From: Octopus sinensis
Taxonomy: Eukaryota
DNA: 64,000 nucleotides
Direction of reading: 5' to 3'
Assembly: GCF_006345805.1 (NCBI RefSeq)
Contig: NC_043001.1
Span: 36,208,001 to 36,272,000 of the forward strand
Made by a program: the position numbers and the translations under genes. Shown here piece after piece: positions 13,390-27,499 of this stretch. Below the pieces are notes generated by a model. That model had not been told where the DNA came from. It was given only the letters and a program-made list of their open reading frames with translations, and did not search any database. Position 1 is the stretch's first letter. The number at the start of each line of letters is the position of its first letter.

Positions 13390-15087
13390 ACATATACCCG
13401 CAGTGACTTATCATGGATTCCTTAATTACTCAGATTTATACGCACAGCACATATTCATGACGTGCACCCCGCTTCAAATTAAGCACTGCACACTTCAAGA
13501 TACATAATTCCATCCCTATACCCTTGCTGCACTTTTGCACAGTCTCAACCAGCCTCTCCATTTCAAGTTCTGTTTTTGCGAACAGTTTTAAATCATCCAC
13601 GAAGAGAAGGTGGTTGAGACGAGGTCCGTTCTTTCTCAGCTCATAGTGCACGTTGATTTTACGTAGGGCTACAGAAGCTGGAATCAAGGCTATAACAAAT
13701 AGCAGAGGTGAACAAGAGTCTCATTGGAAGATACCTCTTTTGATTGTTGCCTCGGCTAAGTACTGGTTGTTACACGAAAGACGAGTTGTGCACACACGTT
13801 CTCAGATATTCCACGCATGTCGAGTGCTTCCAAAATCCGGCAACATGTCGTAAGACTTTTTGAAGTCTATCCAGGACATGCATAAGTGTTTTGGTACCGT
13901 TTACAGTTCTTCTTTATAACCTTGACTATCACATGGTGGTCCTTGGTGCCCTTGGATCCTTTTCGGCATCCCATTTGTTCTACTGGCAGAAGATTGTTTT
14001 CCGCAAGGAACGGATATATTTTCCCTGAATGGTACTTGTCAATACTTTCCATCGGAGATTAAGACAAGCAATGGGTCGATCATTGCCAACCCCATTGCCC
14101 TTTGACTGATCTTTCATTAATAATGTTGTTCTTCCCTCCACCATCCACTCTGGAACTGCACCGCTCTGTAGGCAATTGTCTAATTGCAACACAATTCTCT
14201 TGTGTTTTGACATAAACCACTTTAGCCAGTAGCCTTGAATTCCGTCTGGTCCTGCTGCTTTCCAGTTTGGCAGAAATATCTGTGCAATGACATCTTCCGT
14301 TGTTATGTGCACATGATCCTGTCGTTGAATCTCCGGATGATGGAGTTTGGAACTCACGGAATGAATCCACTCAGCTCTGTGGATGTGCGGAATTTCTTAC
14401 CCCCAGATGTTATTCCAAAATTAGAGGGTTTCTTCTGTGTTCCCTCCTAAGCCCTTAAAAAGCAACCTCTGGTTGTTTGAGAATAACCGGTTTTGCTGGA
14501 ACTGCGATATGCGGTCAGTGTAGCGCTGCACCTTTAATGTTTTAGCCTTCACATGACAGTTTTGAATCCTTTCTTTTCTACTTAGTACCTCGCGTCAAGA
14601 TATACCCTTACACTTTCCTTTCCAATTTTTCCATTGCCCTTTTGACCACTCTCCTATGTGCCTCATATCTTTATGTAAAGTTAGAATATCGCCTTCAGTT
14701 CTCCGCTTCCACCATGGCTCCTTCTATCTGTCTACTTTCCTCTCTTTCTTTCCAACCAGTTCCCCTACTAAAATTGAAGCGGATCAGATCAGGTCCCTTG
14801 TTTCTGTTAGATCATTTGTCAGAATGTGTTTCTGAATCTCATCAACTTTTTGGGTCACGCATTTCATATTGTTACGGTCGAAGCTTCTTAGATTCACCGG
14901 TTTGGTCTCTGTTCTTGTAATTCTTATATCCTCGAGTCTTATCTTGAGATTTCTTTGTTCCTCAGACATATCCTCTCTTATTCCAGCGGTTTTTTTTACA
15001 TTATATTGATTGGCCAGTCTCTCCTCCACGACAACTTCACCTTGCCTACGCATTCGCTGATCTTCACCTACGTTACTCTCCTCGAGA
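13390..15087 (-). mobile_element. Decayed R4/Dong-clade non-LTR retrotransposon, RT region
   Basis: Q.QQNRLFSNNQ; NWKAAGPDGIQGYWLK...VPEWMVEGRTTLLMKDQSKGNGVGN.RPIACLN; QMGCRKGSKGTKDH; LNHLLFVDDLKLFAK. Frameshifted. Confidence 0.9.
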
Positions 15088-15089
15088 TT

Positions 15090-15511
<422 letters not shown>

Positions 15512-15767
15512 ATATGTCCCTTCTTTTTCAGTGTATACCGTGTATACTTTATTTTTATGTTTTACGTATTTATTTCTATTATCATTTCATTGTAACTTTC
15601 GTCCTGTGTTTTGTCCCTTTATGTTTTAATTGATTTTTGTTAGCCCTTGTGGCCAATAAACGAACGAATTATTTGCAAAACCCCCACACTTTATGTCTGT
15701 CCCTGTATTGTCTCTCTAATCCTTCGCCCTTGTGGCGAATAAGTGAAATCATCATCATAATCATTAC

Positions 15768-15834
<67 letters not shown>

Positions 15835-17949
15835 ATTATTATTAGTGTCGTTGCTGTGGATGTTGCTGCTACTGTTGTTGTCCTTGTTGCGTTTGTTATT
15901 TCAACGTTTTTACCGTGTAATGACATCTTCAGGCAGTTCCTGCTATATTCATTTAATGTTTGTTTTCTTAGAGAAGTTAGATTTGTAGTGTTTATTTTTG
16001 ATATTATAATATCAAGGAGAATTGAATTGTCATCCGACTTTCCCCCTATTTAAGTGAATATGTGTTATTAATTGGTATTTGTTTTGGCCGTGAGGGGGCA
16101 AACATGCATTTCCACATGGTTACAGCCGTCGTTTCCGGAAGAGAGAGAAAAAAAAAAATAAGGTGAACGAACGAACGATTGAAGTAATGGGAATATTTTA
16201 CCCAGAGTCGAAATATTCCCAGCAATAGCAAGAATAACGCCGTTAATATCGTTTACGCGAACAATAGTGGCAAAATAAAGAACGTGAAACAAAAATTCTA
16301 ACAATAAAGCTGTACGAAGTGTGATAACACTTGTAACAATAACAACAACAGTAACAGTAGTGTTGCCATCTAGAAGAATATTTGTGCCATTGACAGCAGT
16401 AATATAAAGGGCAACATCTAAAAATAAGAAACATACCCAAAGCAAAATACACATGATAAAAATATTTTCCACATGCCGTTTTTGGACGGATACACTTGGG
16501 CGTTAAGCTGTTTGCATAGTGCCCGGAAAGTATAGGAGGGATATCGGCTATACGTTAGTTGGGAACAGTGATTCCTTTGAAACTATTGTACGAGAGAAAT
16601 GGACTAAAGGATAATTATGTTTAAATGTATTTCTCACAAGACATGATGACTAGGAAAACCACAGAGAAAGGGATTTTGAGGATATAATTAAAGGTCACAA
16701 AGCATACGGATTCCTTGGGATTCAATGGAACAAATAAATAAATAAGGTGACAAAGAAGTATTATACTATATTTCTTGTGATTGTTTATATGACACAAGAA
16801 GAAGGTTAGAACAATAGCTATGCCTGTGGAGAAGAAGCTTTACTCCCTCGAGGCCTTTATTAATTATTTTGCCGAGCTGGTCGACAAGATCAACAAGATA
16901 AACTCACAATTTTATATGAAGGTTACACTAGAATAATTGGTGGATCTTCAAGAAAAAGTCATAAGGATAGAACATTAAGGACGGGGAGTGGATGGCAGAG
17001 AGGTTAGTTGTGGGTAAGAAAAGTATTTAAATTCTCACTTCTTTTGAAAGTAACAACAGCAAAAATAAAAGCAATCACTGTAGCAGAGACATTGACAATT
17101 ACCATAAGAACGTCAATAAAATTAATAACCAGAATCAACTACAAAATTTCTGAATTCTAATAGCAGCTCTCAGGAACTAGTCTTTGGTCAGACGGTGTGT
17201 TGGTTAAAATTTCAAATTCAATGATTGCAGCGACAAAATGATTAATGCATACCGCAATTGGCTGTGGATTATAAATGCTCTTAATTGTCTAAGCTGGTCA
17301 CGCTGTTGCCGAAGAACACTGTCAAGTAGGATATAGGAATATAGTAAATCACTTTGAATCATAATTCTGCAAGATATTTTAGACAAGGTGCTAAGAGTGT
17401 GGCGTGTATCCTTCACAGTGTCGTTGGATCCATACAAAGGTTGATTCCGGACAGATTTATCTATTCAGCCCACACTTCATGCGACTTACTAATAATGCGT
17501 TGGAAGCAGATATGGTAGGATGAGGTTGTGATCAAACGGATCTTTTAATAATACTCCATCTAATGTAGTAAGAAGCTTGCCTGCTTACAGCAAAATATAA
17601 TCATCTAAGTACAAAATTATAAATCAGAAGAGAATGTGGGATGGGACAACTTAGCATCAGGTATCAACTTAAGAACGACGTTGTTAATATTACTTTCAAT
17701 CTTTCCAATTCACAGAAGAGCCTGTTATGTGCTCTTCTTCGTACAAAAAGTAAGGAATTAAAATTGGGTAAGATTTCAAGTTACTAAAAGCTACACTTGA
17801 AAGCAGCAGCAAAAGCTTACATATTGATGATAGATAAAATCTTCTAGTGAAGAATCTAAAGGTATGCCTCTATGTGACCTCTAATTCTGTAAGCTGAATA
17901 CCTTTAAAACAAATGAAAAATACTATGACGTGGATGAACAAATGTTACC

Positions 17950-18098
17950 TGAATCAACTGGTACTTATTTTATCGACGCCGAATGGATGAAATGCAAAAT
18001 CGACCTCGGTTGAATTTGAACTCAGAACATGAAGACGGACGAAACGCCGCTAAGCATTTTTCCCTGTGTGCTAACGATTTTACCAGTTCACCGCCTTC
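17950..18098 (-). mobile_element. SINE family B (partial)
   Basis: Reverse complement: aaggcggtgaactggtaaaatcgttagcac...ttctgagttcaaattc..ccgaggtcga...gtcgataaaataagtaccagtt. Confidence 0.85.
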
Positions 18099-18410
18099 AT
18101 ATTCTGTATATATGATTAAGATATTCACGTGTCAAAAAACCGCTTTCATTTTTGATCATACCTGAACTCGGATAAATAACACACTATTGCAATCGATTTA
18201 AAATCCCTTATCCAAACATCGCTACATGTTATATAATATATATTGTCATGAAGGCGGTGAACTGGTTGATTCATTAATACACCAGTCAAAATACTCAGTA
18301 GTAGCTGAGCACAGGAGTAATTGAAATCGACTAACCTCCTCCCTTAAACTTCAAGCATTGTGCTATTAGAAGAAATAAAGTTGATGCTGCTGTTGCTGTT
18401 GCTGTTGCTG

Positions 18411-18780
18411 TTAAGCGAACGGTCTTCGTCCCTGAGCTCGCAAGATGGGAGAAGTCCGAAAACGTAGTCCTTTGCTATTCGTAAGACCCGCAGAAGAGAA
18501 AGTAGGTCAACTCCCGACACCGAGAGCATCGACGGATGGATGAATGCGCATCCAGGCTCAGCGGTTGCGTAGGAAGTCGGGGACAAGAAACAGGAAGAAA
18601 GAGTGAGAGAAAGTTGAAGCGAAAGAGTACAACAGGGGTCGCCACCACCCCCTGCCGGAGTCTCGTGAAGCTTTAGGTGTTTTCGCTCAATAAACACACG
18701 CAACGCCCGGTCTGGGAATCGAAACCGCGATCCTCCGACCGCGTGTCCGCTGCCCTAACCATTGGGCCATTGCACCTCCA
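18411..18780 (-). mobile_element. tRNA-derived SINE, family D
   Basis: Minus-strand head tggaggtgcaatggcccaatggttagggcagcgg...ggtttcgattccc has A and B boxes; (AACAGC)n-type tail near 18385-18412. Confidence 0.75.
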
Positions 18781-19030
18781 TTGATGCTGCTGTTTTATAC
18801 CAGGTCAATCCTAATTTAGTGGGAAAATATCACCAAAAGTATTTCAGTCGTTATCACTCCATATTTTCGGTGGTTTGTAGGATTGCATTAAGCAAGGAAT
18901 TCCTTCGTAATTTCAGACTGCAAGATATGATACGCAGGAGATATAACTGCCATTTTTAGCCAGCTAAATTAGCACATAGAAACTCCCTTGTTCGTTTGCT
19001 AATACTGTAGTAGTAGTAGTAGTAATAGTA

Positions 19031-19077
<47 letters not shown>

Positions 19078-19160
19078 TAGTAGCAGTAGTAGTAGCAGTA
19101 GTAGTAGTAGCAGCAGCAGCAATAGTAGTAGTAGTAGCAGCCGTAATAGTAGCAGCAGCC

Positions 19161-19207
<47 letters not shown>

Positions 19208-19525
19208 TTTGTTGTTCTTGCTGTTGTTGTTAATGTTATTGTGATTTTCAAAATATCAATGGATTCACTGTGCAGACTCCGTAATAAAGTTTGGTGCTTG
19301 TTTCTTCTCTTGTCGTACAATCGTTGATAAATGACCGTTTGTATTCATATGACAGATGCAGTCAACGGTGAACACTGTCTGACTAGCTCACTCTCAGCCT
19401 ATGCATTCACCTTCTCAATCACGCTTTACCCTCGTCCAATTCCACTGCTTCCCCCCGATACTGTAATCTTTCCTACATAGGCGGTTACGTATGCATGCAC
19501 ACACGTGTGTATGTATGTATGTATG

Positions 19526-19557
<32 letters not shown>

Positions 19558-19764
19558 GCTTCGTGCAATGGCCATGCTCGATAACGAGGGGGCAGCCATA
19601 AATGTATGCAGGTATGTATGTATGTATGTATGTATGTATGTATGTATGTGTGTATGTATGTATGTATGTATGTATGTATGTATGTATGTAGGCAGGTAGG
19701 TAGGTAGGTAGGTAGGTAGGTAGGCAGGCAGGTATGGATGGACGGAATGGATATGCATCAATAC

Positions 19765-20000
19765 GTCTACCTGTCTATATCAGTACACACACACACACAC
19801 ACATTCTCACACACACACACCACACACACATACACACACACAAACACACGCACATATATAATCACAAGGTCTACCTGTCTATATCAGTACACATACACAC
19901 ACACTCTCATACACACACATACATACACACACACACACAAACACACGCACATATATAATCACAAGGTCTACCTGTCTATATCAGTACACACACACATTCT

Positions 20001-20031
<31 letters not shown>

Positions 20032-20301
20032 GCACATATATAATCACAAGGTCTACCTGTCTATATCAGTACACACACACACACATTCTCACACACACAC
20101 ACACACACACACACCACACACAAACACACGCACATATATAATCACAAGGTCTACCTGTCTATATCAGTACACACACACACACATTCTCACACACACTCAT
20201 TCTCACACACACATACACACACACACACACACAAACACACGCACATATATAATCACAAGGTCTACCTGTCTATATCAGTACACACACACACACACATTCT
20301 C

Positions 20302-20333
<32 letters not shown>

Positions 20334-20694
20334 GCACATATATAATCACAAGGTCTACCTGTCTATATCAGTACACACACACACACACATTCTCACACAC
20401 ACATACACACACACATACACACACACACAAACACACGCACATATATAATCACAAGGTCTACCTGTCTATATCAGTACACACACACACACATTCTCACACA
20501 CACATACACACACACATACACACACACACAAACACACGCACATATATAATCACAAGGTCTACCTGTCTATATCAGTACACACACACACACATTCTCACAC
20601 ACACACACACACACACATACACACACACACAAACACACGCACATATATAATCACAAGGTCTACCTGTCTATATCAGTACACACACACACACATT

Positions 20695-20733
<39 letters not shown>

Positions 20734-20895
20734 CACACGCACATATATAATCACAAGGTCTACCTGTCTATATCAGTACAACACCACACACATTCTCACA
20801 CACACACACACACACCACATAACACACACACAAACACACGCACATATATAATCACAAGGTCTACCTGTCTATATCAGTACACACACACACACATT

Positions 20896-20934
<39 letters not shown>

Positions 20935-21005
20935 GCACATATATAATCACAAGGTCTACCTGTCTATATCAGTACACCACACACACACACATTCTCACAC
21001 ACACA

Positions 21006-21036
<31 letters not shown>

Positions 21037-21093
21037 CGCACATATATAATCACAAGGTCTACCTGTCTATATCAGTACACACACACACACATT

Positions 21094-21138
<45 letters not shown>

Positions 21139-21198
21139 GCACATATATAATCACAAGGTCTACCTGTCTATATCAGTACACACACACACACACACATT

Positions 21199-21235
<37 letters not shown>

Positions 21236-21296
21236 CACACGCACATATATAATCACAAGGTCTACCTGTCTATATCAGTACACACACACACACATT

Positions 21297-21334
<38 letters not shown>

Positions 21335-21352
21335 GCACATATATAATCACAA
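19765..21352. repeat. Minisatellite of 16 units (about 85-105 bp): constant core plus variable (CA)n
   Basis: tctacctgtctatatcagtac counted 16 times; core is aaacacacgcacatatataatcacaaggtctacctgtctatatcagtac-(ac)n-attctc-(ac)n. Confidence 0.95.
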
Positions 21353-21679
21353 GCAAACTTACATACACCCACAAACACCCAGATGTTGAAATACACATTG
21401 ACATATTCACAAATACATTCGCAAATGCAAACAGAGAACACTTTTTGCTTTTTACACATACGCACATGCTCGCACGCACACGCACACGCACACGCACACG
21501 CACACGCACACGCACACGCACACACAGTGACACATACACAATAACACATATGTAATTGGCTTACACTGGGTGATTGGTCATTGGTCAAAGTTTCTGAGCA
21601 GGATTGCGTGTCTTCAGATGACCTTCATCATGCAAGTAAAACATTGATGATATCTGAACAACAAATACACATAAATTAC

Positions 21680-21830
21680 GTAAGCTTACTTCTCAACCTC
21701 ATAGTTCCGGGTTCAGTCCCACTGCGTGGCACCTTGTGAAAGTGTTTCTTACTATAGATAGCACTGGATCCGCCAAAGCGTTGTGAGTAGTTTCGGTAGG
21801 CGGAATCTGAAAGAAGCCCGTCGTACATTT
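21680..21830 (+). mobile_element. SINE family A (5' half)
   Basis: ccgggttcagtcccactgcgtggcacctt...gaaagaagcccgtcgta. Confidence 0.8.
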
Positions 21831-21888
21831 GCGCGTACGGGCTATCTGGACTCACGTGGACCGGGTTGAGGCTCTCCATCATAGTAAC

Positions 21889-22121
21889 TATTTCTTTATT
21901 GCCCACAAGGGGCTAAACATAGAGGGGACAAACAAGGACAGACAAACGGATTAAGTCAATTACATCGACCCCAGTGCGTAACTGGTACTTATTTAATCGA
22001 CCCCGAAAGGATGAAAGGCAAAGTCGACCTCGGTGGAATTTGAACTCAGAATGTAGCGGCAGACGAAATACGGCTACACATTTCGCCCGGCGTGCTAACT
22101 GTTCTGCCAGCTCGCCGCCTT
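21889..22121 (-). mobile_element. SINE family B, full length
   Basis: Reverse complement runs from aaggcggcgagctggcagaa through ttctgagttcaaattcc and tcatcctttcggggtcgat to gccccttgtgggcaataaagaaata. Confidence 0.92.
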
Positions 22122-22437
22122 AACGCGTGGTGAGGAACCTTAGAATATTATGCCAGTCCAGAAACCGGTCCACGTGATTCCAAATATTTGAACGTATTAT
22201 TAGCCCATTTGCCTTCGGACGGTTGATTTCTGTAGTTATTGTGAGTGTATTTTGTCGATTTAAATAAGTTTTGACTATTATTTCCTGCAGGTAGACATAC
22301 TTAGTATGTCATTTTATTAATCTTAATACACACACACACACACACAGACATCAAATATTCAATTTATTCTTTTCATTCCTGCACATATACTGTCTTTCAA
22401 TATTATTCTTTACACACATCTTCCACTTTTTCAAATT

Positions 22438-22468
<31 letters not shown>

Positions 22469-22475
22469 CAGTAGC

Positions 22476-22529
<54 letters not shown>

Positions 22530-22984
22530 TATTACTGTTCTTTTTTTTTCATTTTTTATCTCTATTTATATATTTATTTATATATTTATTTATTTATTTG
22601 CATCTGTTGTCATTTTTCATGAAAGAAACCTACGAAGCTTTCTTCATAAAAATCGTCTGAAGAACTTACTGTCATCGTCGTCGTCGCCGCTACCACCCAC
22701 CACCACCACCACCACCACCATCATCATCATAGTCGTCGCGTCGTCTTCGCTGCTGTCTTTCCAGTCACTGTCGTTGTTATCACCAACTGCATCATGGTCG
22801 TCAGAATATTCATCTCCCCTCTTCCCCCCACTTCCCTCTCCTTCCTTTCCATCCTCGACGCCATTGTCACTACGACGACTGCGACCACCAACAACAACAA
22901 CAACACCATTTTCATTATTATCTTCGCCATTTTCTTCTTTCGTCATCATCCTATTCATCAACACCATCATCATCATTATTCTTG

Positions 22985-23430
22985 GTTTCTCCTCTTACCT
23001 CGAACTCTTCTTCTTCTTCTTCTTCTTCTTCTTCTACTCCTTCTTCTTCTTCTTCTCCTCCTCCCCTCCTTCTTCTTCTTCTTCTCCTCCTTCTTCTTCT
23101 TCTTTTCCTCCTCCTCCTTCTTCTTATCCTCCTTCTTCTTCTTTTCCTCCTCCTCCTTCTTCTTCTCCTTCTCCTTCTTCTTCTTCTTCTTCTTTTTTTT
23201 CTTTTCTTCTTCTTCTTTTTCTTCTTTTTCTTCTTTTTTTTCTTCTTCTTCTTCTTCTCCTTTTCTTCTTCTTCTCCTCCTCTTCCTCCTCCTTCTTCTT
23301 TTCCTCCTTCTTCTTCTCCTCCTCCTTCTTCTTTTTTCTTCTTCTTTTCCTTTCTTCTTCTTCTTCTTCTTCTTCTTCTTCTTCTTTCGCCCCCTCTTCC
23401 TCCCCTTCTTCCTCCACCTCCAATCTCTTC
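22985..23430. repeat. Long polypyrimidine (TTC/TCC)n tract
   Basis: Seen directly. Confidence 0.95.
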
Positions 23431-24070
23431 TTCATCACATCCAACTCACTTCAAATCTATATTCTAAGGAACACGTGAGACCATACATCCCACCTAATAT
23501 TCAATCCACGTAGTTTGTTTTTGTATTCCAAACGTCATTCCATCACTATTTTGTCTTTACTTTATATTTGAAACTTTAGTTATTTATTTCGTCTTCGTAC
23601 CAGACTCCTCCCTTATGCCTTCAGTACAGACTTGCTACACGTAGTCCAGACATTCTTTCAGATGTAGATCTCTTATACCTGTCTCTCTCCTCCACTCATT
23701 CATTCATTCATCCATCCATCTTACTGTTGCATTCTCTCCCTCTCTCTTCTTTTCTTTCCCCACAACCTTATTTGACGTGGCCGAGTCATTGAGAATGACA
23801 TTCGTTGTTAGACCGACGTCACGCACGATTAGTGGCGCTTACTGCGTGCAACAAGCGTTCGGACAACTCGTGGTCGGTCAAGTATGGCGAAAGACCAACC
23901 TACTCCACACCGGATACAAATACACGTCTTGTTTGGTTGTTGGTATCAATTTACTGAGAGCAAATGTCAATGTCGGTCAGATAAGTAAGGGCGGAATCCC
24001 TTGTGCCACACACACACACACGCACACACTCGCAAACATATACACACAAGTATATAGGTATGTATTCATA

Positions 24071-24106
<36 letters not shown>

Positions 24107-24132
24107 TGTATGTATGTATGTATGTATGTATG

Positions 24133-24167
<35 letters not shown>

Positions 24168-24243
24168 TTTGATACTTTGATAGGTTTCGGCCATTATTGG
24201 CCCAGGCCATGTCTAACTTAATATATTTATATATGTATATATG

Positions 24244-24275
<32 letters not shown>

Positions 24276-24519
24276 TATGTATACACTAATACATATATGT
24301 ATAAACATACATATACACACACATGAATATAGGTATGTATTCATATAGTGTTTTTATATAATATATATTATATATATGTATATATGTATATAAGTATATA
24401 TATATGCATAGACATATATATATATATATATATATATTATACACACACACACACACAATAATATATATATATGTGCCTGTTGTATATATGTATTTAGACA
24501 TATATATATATATATATAT

Positions 24520-24579
<60 letters not shown>

Positions 24580-25020
24580 TAATATTTGATATATATATGT
24601 TTATGTATCGTATGTATAGGATATTGAACACACACGCATAGAAACGTACACACACACACACACACACACACACTTGCGCACATACATACATACATACACG
24701 CATACACATCTATATACATGCAAAATACATATACATTACAAATACAGACACGTGCGCGTGTTAGTGTACGCGATACATATGTCATTTGTTTTGTACGTAT
24801 TTAAGATTATCTCTAGACTTCTGGGATGATTTTTTCCCAAATGCGTTTCGTTATCTTTCTCTCATGAGTACAGGAATAGTATACCTTCGTTGTGTGTGTG
24901 TTCGTGAGTATGTTTGTAACTGTGTGTGTGTATATATTTACGTATACTCGTTAGTATATGGAGCGCATGTGTGTAGAAATCAATGAATGGGGAAGATAAT
25001 ATCAAAAATATAATAGAATA

Positions 25021-25430
25021 GGCGTAAGAGTGGCTGTGTGGTAAGTAGCTTGTTTACAAGTCACATGGTTCCGGGTTCAGTCCCACTGCGTGGCACCTTG
25101 GGCAAGTGTCTTCAACTATAGCCTCGGGTCGACCAAAGCCTTGTGAGTGGATTTGGTAGACGGAAACTGAAAGAAGCCCGTCGTATATATGTGTATGTGT
25201 GTGTGCGCGTGTTTGTGTGTATGTGTGTGTTTGTGTGTCTGTGTTTGTCCCCCCCCCAACATCGCTTGACAACCGATGCTGGTGCGTTTACGTCACCGAT
25301 ACTTAGCGGTTCGGCAAAAGACATCGATAGAATAAGTACTAGGCTTACAAAGAATAAGTCCTGGGGTCGATTTGCTCGACTAAAGACGGTGCTCTAGCAT
25401 GGCCACAGTCAAATGTCTGAAACAAGTAAA
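25021..25430 (+). mobile_element. SINE family A, full length, with a 16-bp TSD (1 mismatch)
   Basis: A and B boxes in the head. Flanks are aaaatataatagaata (25005-25020) and aaaatataatcgaata (25431-25446). Confidence 0.95.
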
Positions 25431-25648
25431 AAAATATAATCGAATACTTCGGGCATCCACTATAACCATTTAACGTGATGGCTAAAATAAATGAAAGAAT
25501 ACAAAATGTGCTCTGTTGCAACTTCAATGTCGCTGCATGGTTTATCACCAAACACACACACAAACACACAAACACGCATAAGCACGTAAATCGTGCTTTA
25601 AACATCAAGCTTGCATACGCATACATAATAAATAAAATAAATGCGCCC

Positions 25649-25890
25649 TTTTTAAATCCCAGCCAGGCTCATGGGCCCGGTTTCCCGGTTTCAACGGCAT
25701 ATGTGTTCCCTAGCTCGACGGGACACCAGTCCATCGCAGCGCTACTCATTTTTGCCAGTTGAGTGGACTGGAGCAACGTGAAATGAAGTGTTTTGCTCAA
25801 GAACTCAACGAGTCACCCGGTCCAGGGATCGAAACCACAATCTTGCGATCATGATGCTGACACCCTAACCACTAAGCCACGCGCCTCTAC
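25649..25890 (-). mobile_element. tRNA-derived SINE, family C variant
   Basis: Head gtagaggcgcgtggcttagtggttagggtgtcagc...ggtttcgatccctggaccgg, then the ttcttgagcaaaacacttcatttcacgttgctccagt body shared with 63490-63837; the tail differs. Confidence 0.85.
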
Positions 25891-26423
25891 ACGCATACAT
25901 AAAGCTCTACCTAAATATAGGGGCGTGACTTCTGTAGTCGAACAAAACCTCTTTGAGTCCTATGAGATATCGTTTCTTTCTTTTATATTTCTCCTACTTG
26001 TTTCAGTCATTCGACTGCGCCATGCATACATACATACACAGACCCTGAATGAAGCCTCCCCCCCCCTCCATATTAACTTATTTGACCTAACTTATCTCAC
26101 CAATACATCAACAGATTCTAAGAGCAGAAAGTACTTCTGCCTAACAAAGTCACCTGATCTGGCGCTATTTCTGAAACCTCTTCATGTTCTAGGGCTCCCT
26201 TAGGTTATATCCTTTGCAAATAATCAGTCTTCTAACCGAGCTAGATATACCAAATTAATTCCCTTTTCGTCATTCATCAATAATCTTATGTTCTTGAGAA
26301 CATCGTTTCAAGCAATGTTGTAGTTCTTAGCTTTAAAAAAGTTAAATTTACTCAACTGAAAGAACTGTAACCGCTTTTCATCGTCGACCTCGGCTGTAGG
26401 TGAAAGCTCGCAACATCTATGAG

Positions 26424-26723
26424 CACAATTTACATTATTTACATTCGACGGATATTTGTCCTCATCTTGTTTGATGTTAACGCAACGTTTCGGCTGAGAT
26501 ACCCTCCAGCCTTCTTCAGGTGTCTTGGGGAAATTTCGAACCTGGGTTCTCATTCCTAAGGTATTTTTCGATGTTAATATTTTTATTATTATTATATTAT
26601 TATTATTATTATATTATTATATATTATTATTATTATTATTATTATCATTATTATTATTATATTATTATTATTATCATTATTATTTTATATATTATTATTA
26701 TTATTATTATTATTATTATCCTT

Positions 26724-26758
<35 letters not shown>

Positions 26759-27020
26759 TATTATTATTATTGCTATTGTTATTGTTATTGTTATTGTTAT
26801 TGTTGTTGTTGATGTTATTGTTGTTGTTGTTGTTGTTGTTGTTCAGGTCACTGCTTGGAATCTAACTCGGAATCTTGGGGTTAGTAGCCCGCGCTCTTAA
26901 CCACTCCACCATATGCCGAAACGTTGTGTTAAGAACAAACAAGATGAGGACAAATATCCGTCGAATGTAAATAATGTAAATAATGTACATAATTCCTCAT
27001 CTCTTAAATATAGAACTGTA
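26424..27020 (-). mobile_element. tRNA-headed SINE-like element with an internal microsatellite, a hammerhead-bearing 3' part, and an inverted copy of its 3' end at the 5' junction
   Basis: Minus strand 26917-26843 is a tRNA-like head (tggtggagtgg A box, gagttagattcc B-box-like), followed by (AAC/AAT/GAT)n and the HHR at 26524-26479. Plus strand 26915-27020 repeats the 3' arm in inverted orientation. Confidence 0.75.
26479..26524 (-). ncRNA. Minimal type I hammerhead ribozyme motif
   Basis: gacac-CTGAAGA-a-GGCTG(gagggtatct)CAGCC-GAAAC-GTT-gcgtt. Stem II is 5 bp. Stem I has one mismatch that is a proper pair in the inverted copy (gtgtt). Confidence 0.75.
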
Positions 27021-27499
27021 TTATCTATGAGTACTGTTGTAGACTTCGCGAACCCCCCCCCCGCCCCACACACACACACAGGAATGTATGTAATATTATT
27101 TCATAACACCAACAATATATGTCAGAATTAATTGTATGGCTGAAATAGCTTTCAGCTTGTCGCGGAGACAAGAAATACTTAATGGACAAACATAATTACA
27201 GAATGTTCTTTTAATTATGAGCAAAATAATATAACACTAACTATTTCCATTAAATGCAAGCGATGTTTCTCATACTGCATTTATTCCATACGAATACTAC
27301 TGTACGGTAAATTATTGTGAATAAATCAGATAAATAAAACAACGGCATATACTTTTGATCATAAACAATGCATTAACGAAACGGAGCGACGCGAGTAAGT
27401 GCAACTAATACTTCTTGTATCACTGCGCATATGCAACCACAGCCGAGTGAGTAATAAACAAAATAACCTCAACTCCACACACATACATTTATCTACTAA

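Noticed and set aside
16068-16472. Minus-strand ORF with a hydrophobic, signal-peptide-like start and a 10-bp hairpin (GGGAATATTT/AAATATTCCC)
   Set aside because: No recognisable homology; hydrophobicity is expected from T-rich sequence. It needs RNA-seq before being called an exon.
17200-17900. YLDDYIL motif on the minus strand suggesting a DIRS or other RT relic
   Set aside because: Only one short motif plus vague neighbours; too degraded to call.
19765-21352. CRISPR-like repeat-spacer appearance
   Set aside because: The spacers are only (CA)n variants rather than unique sequence, there are no cas genes, and the context is eukaryotic.
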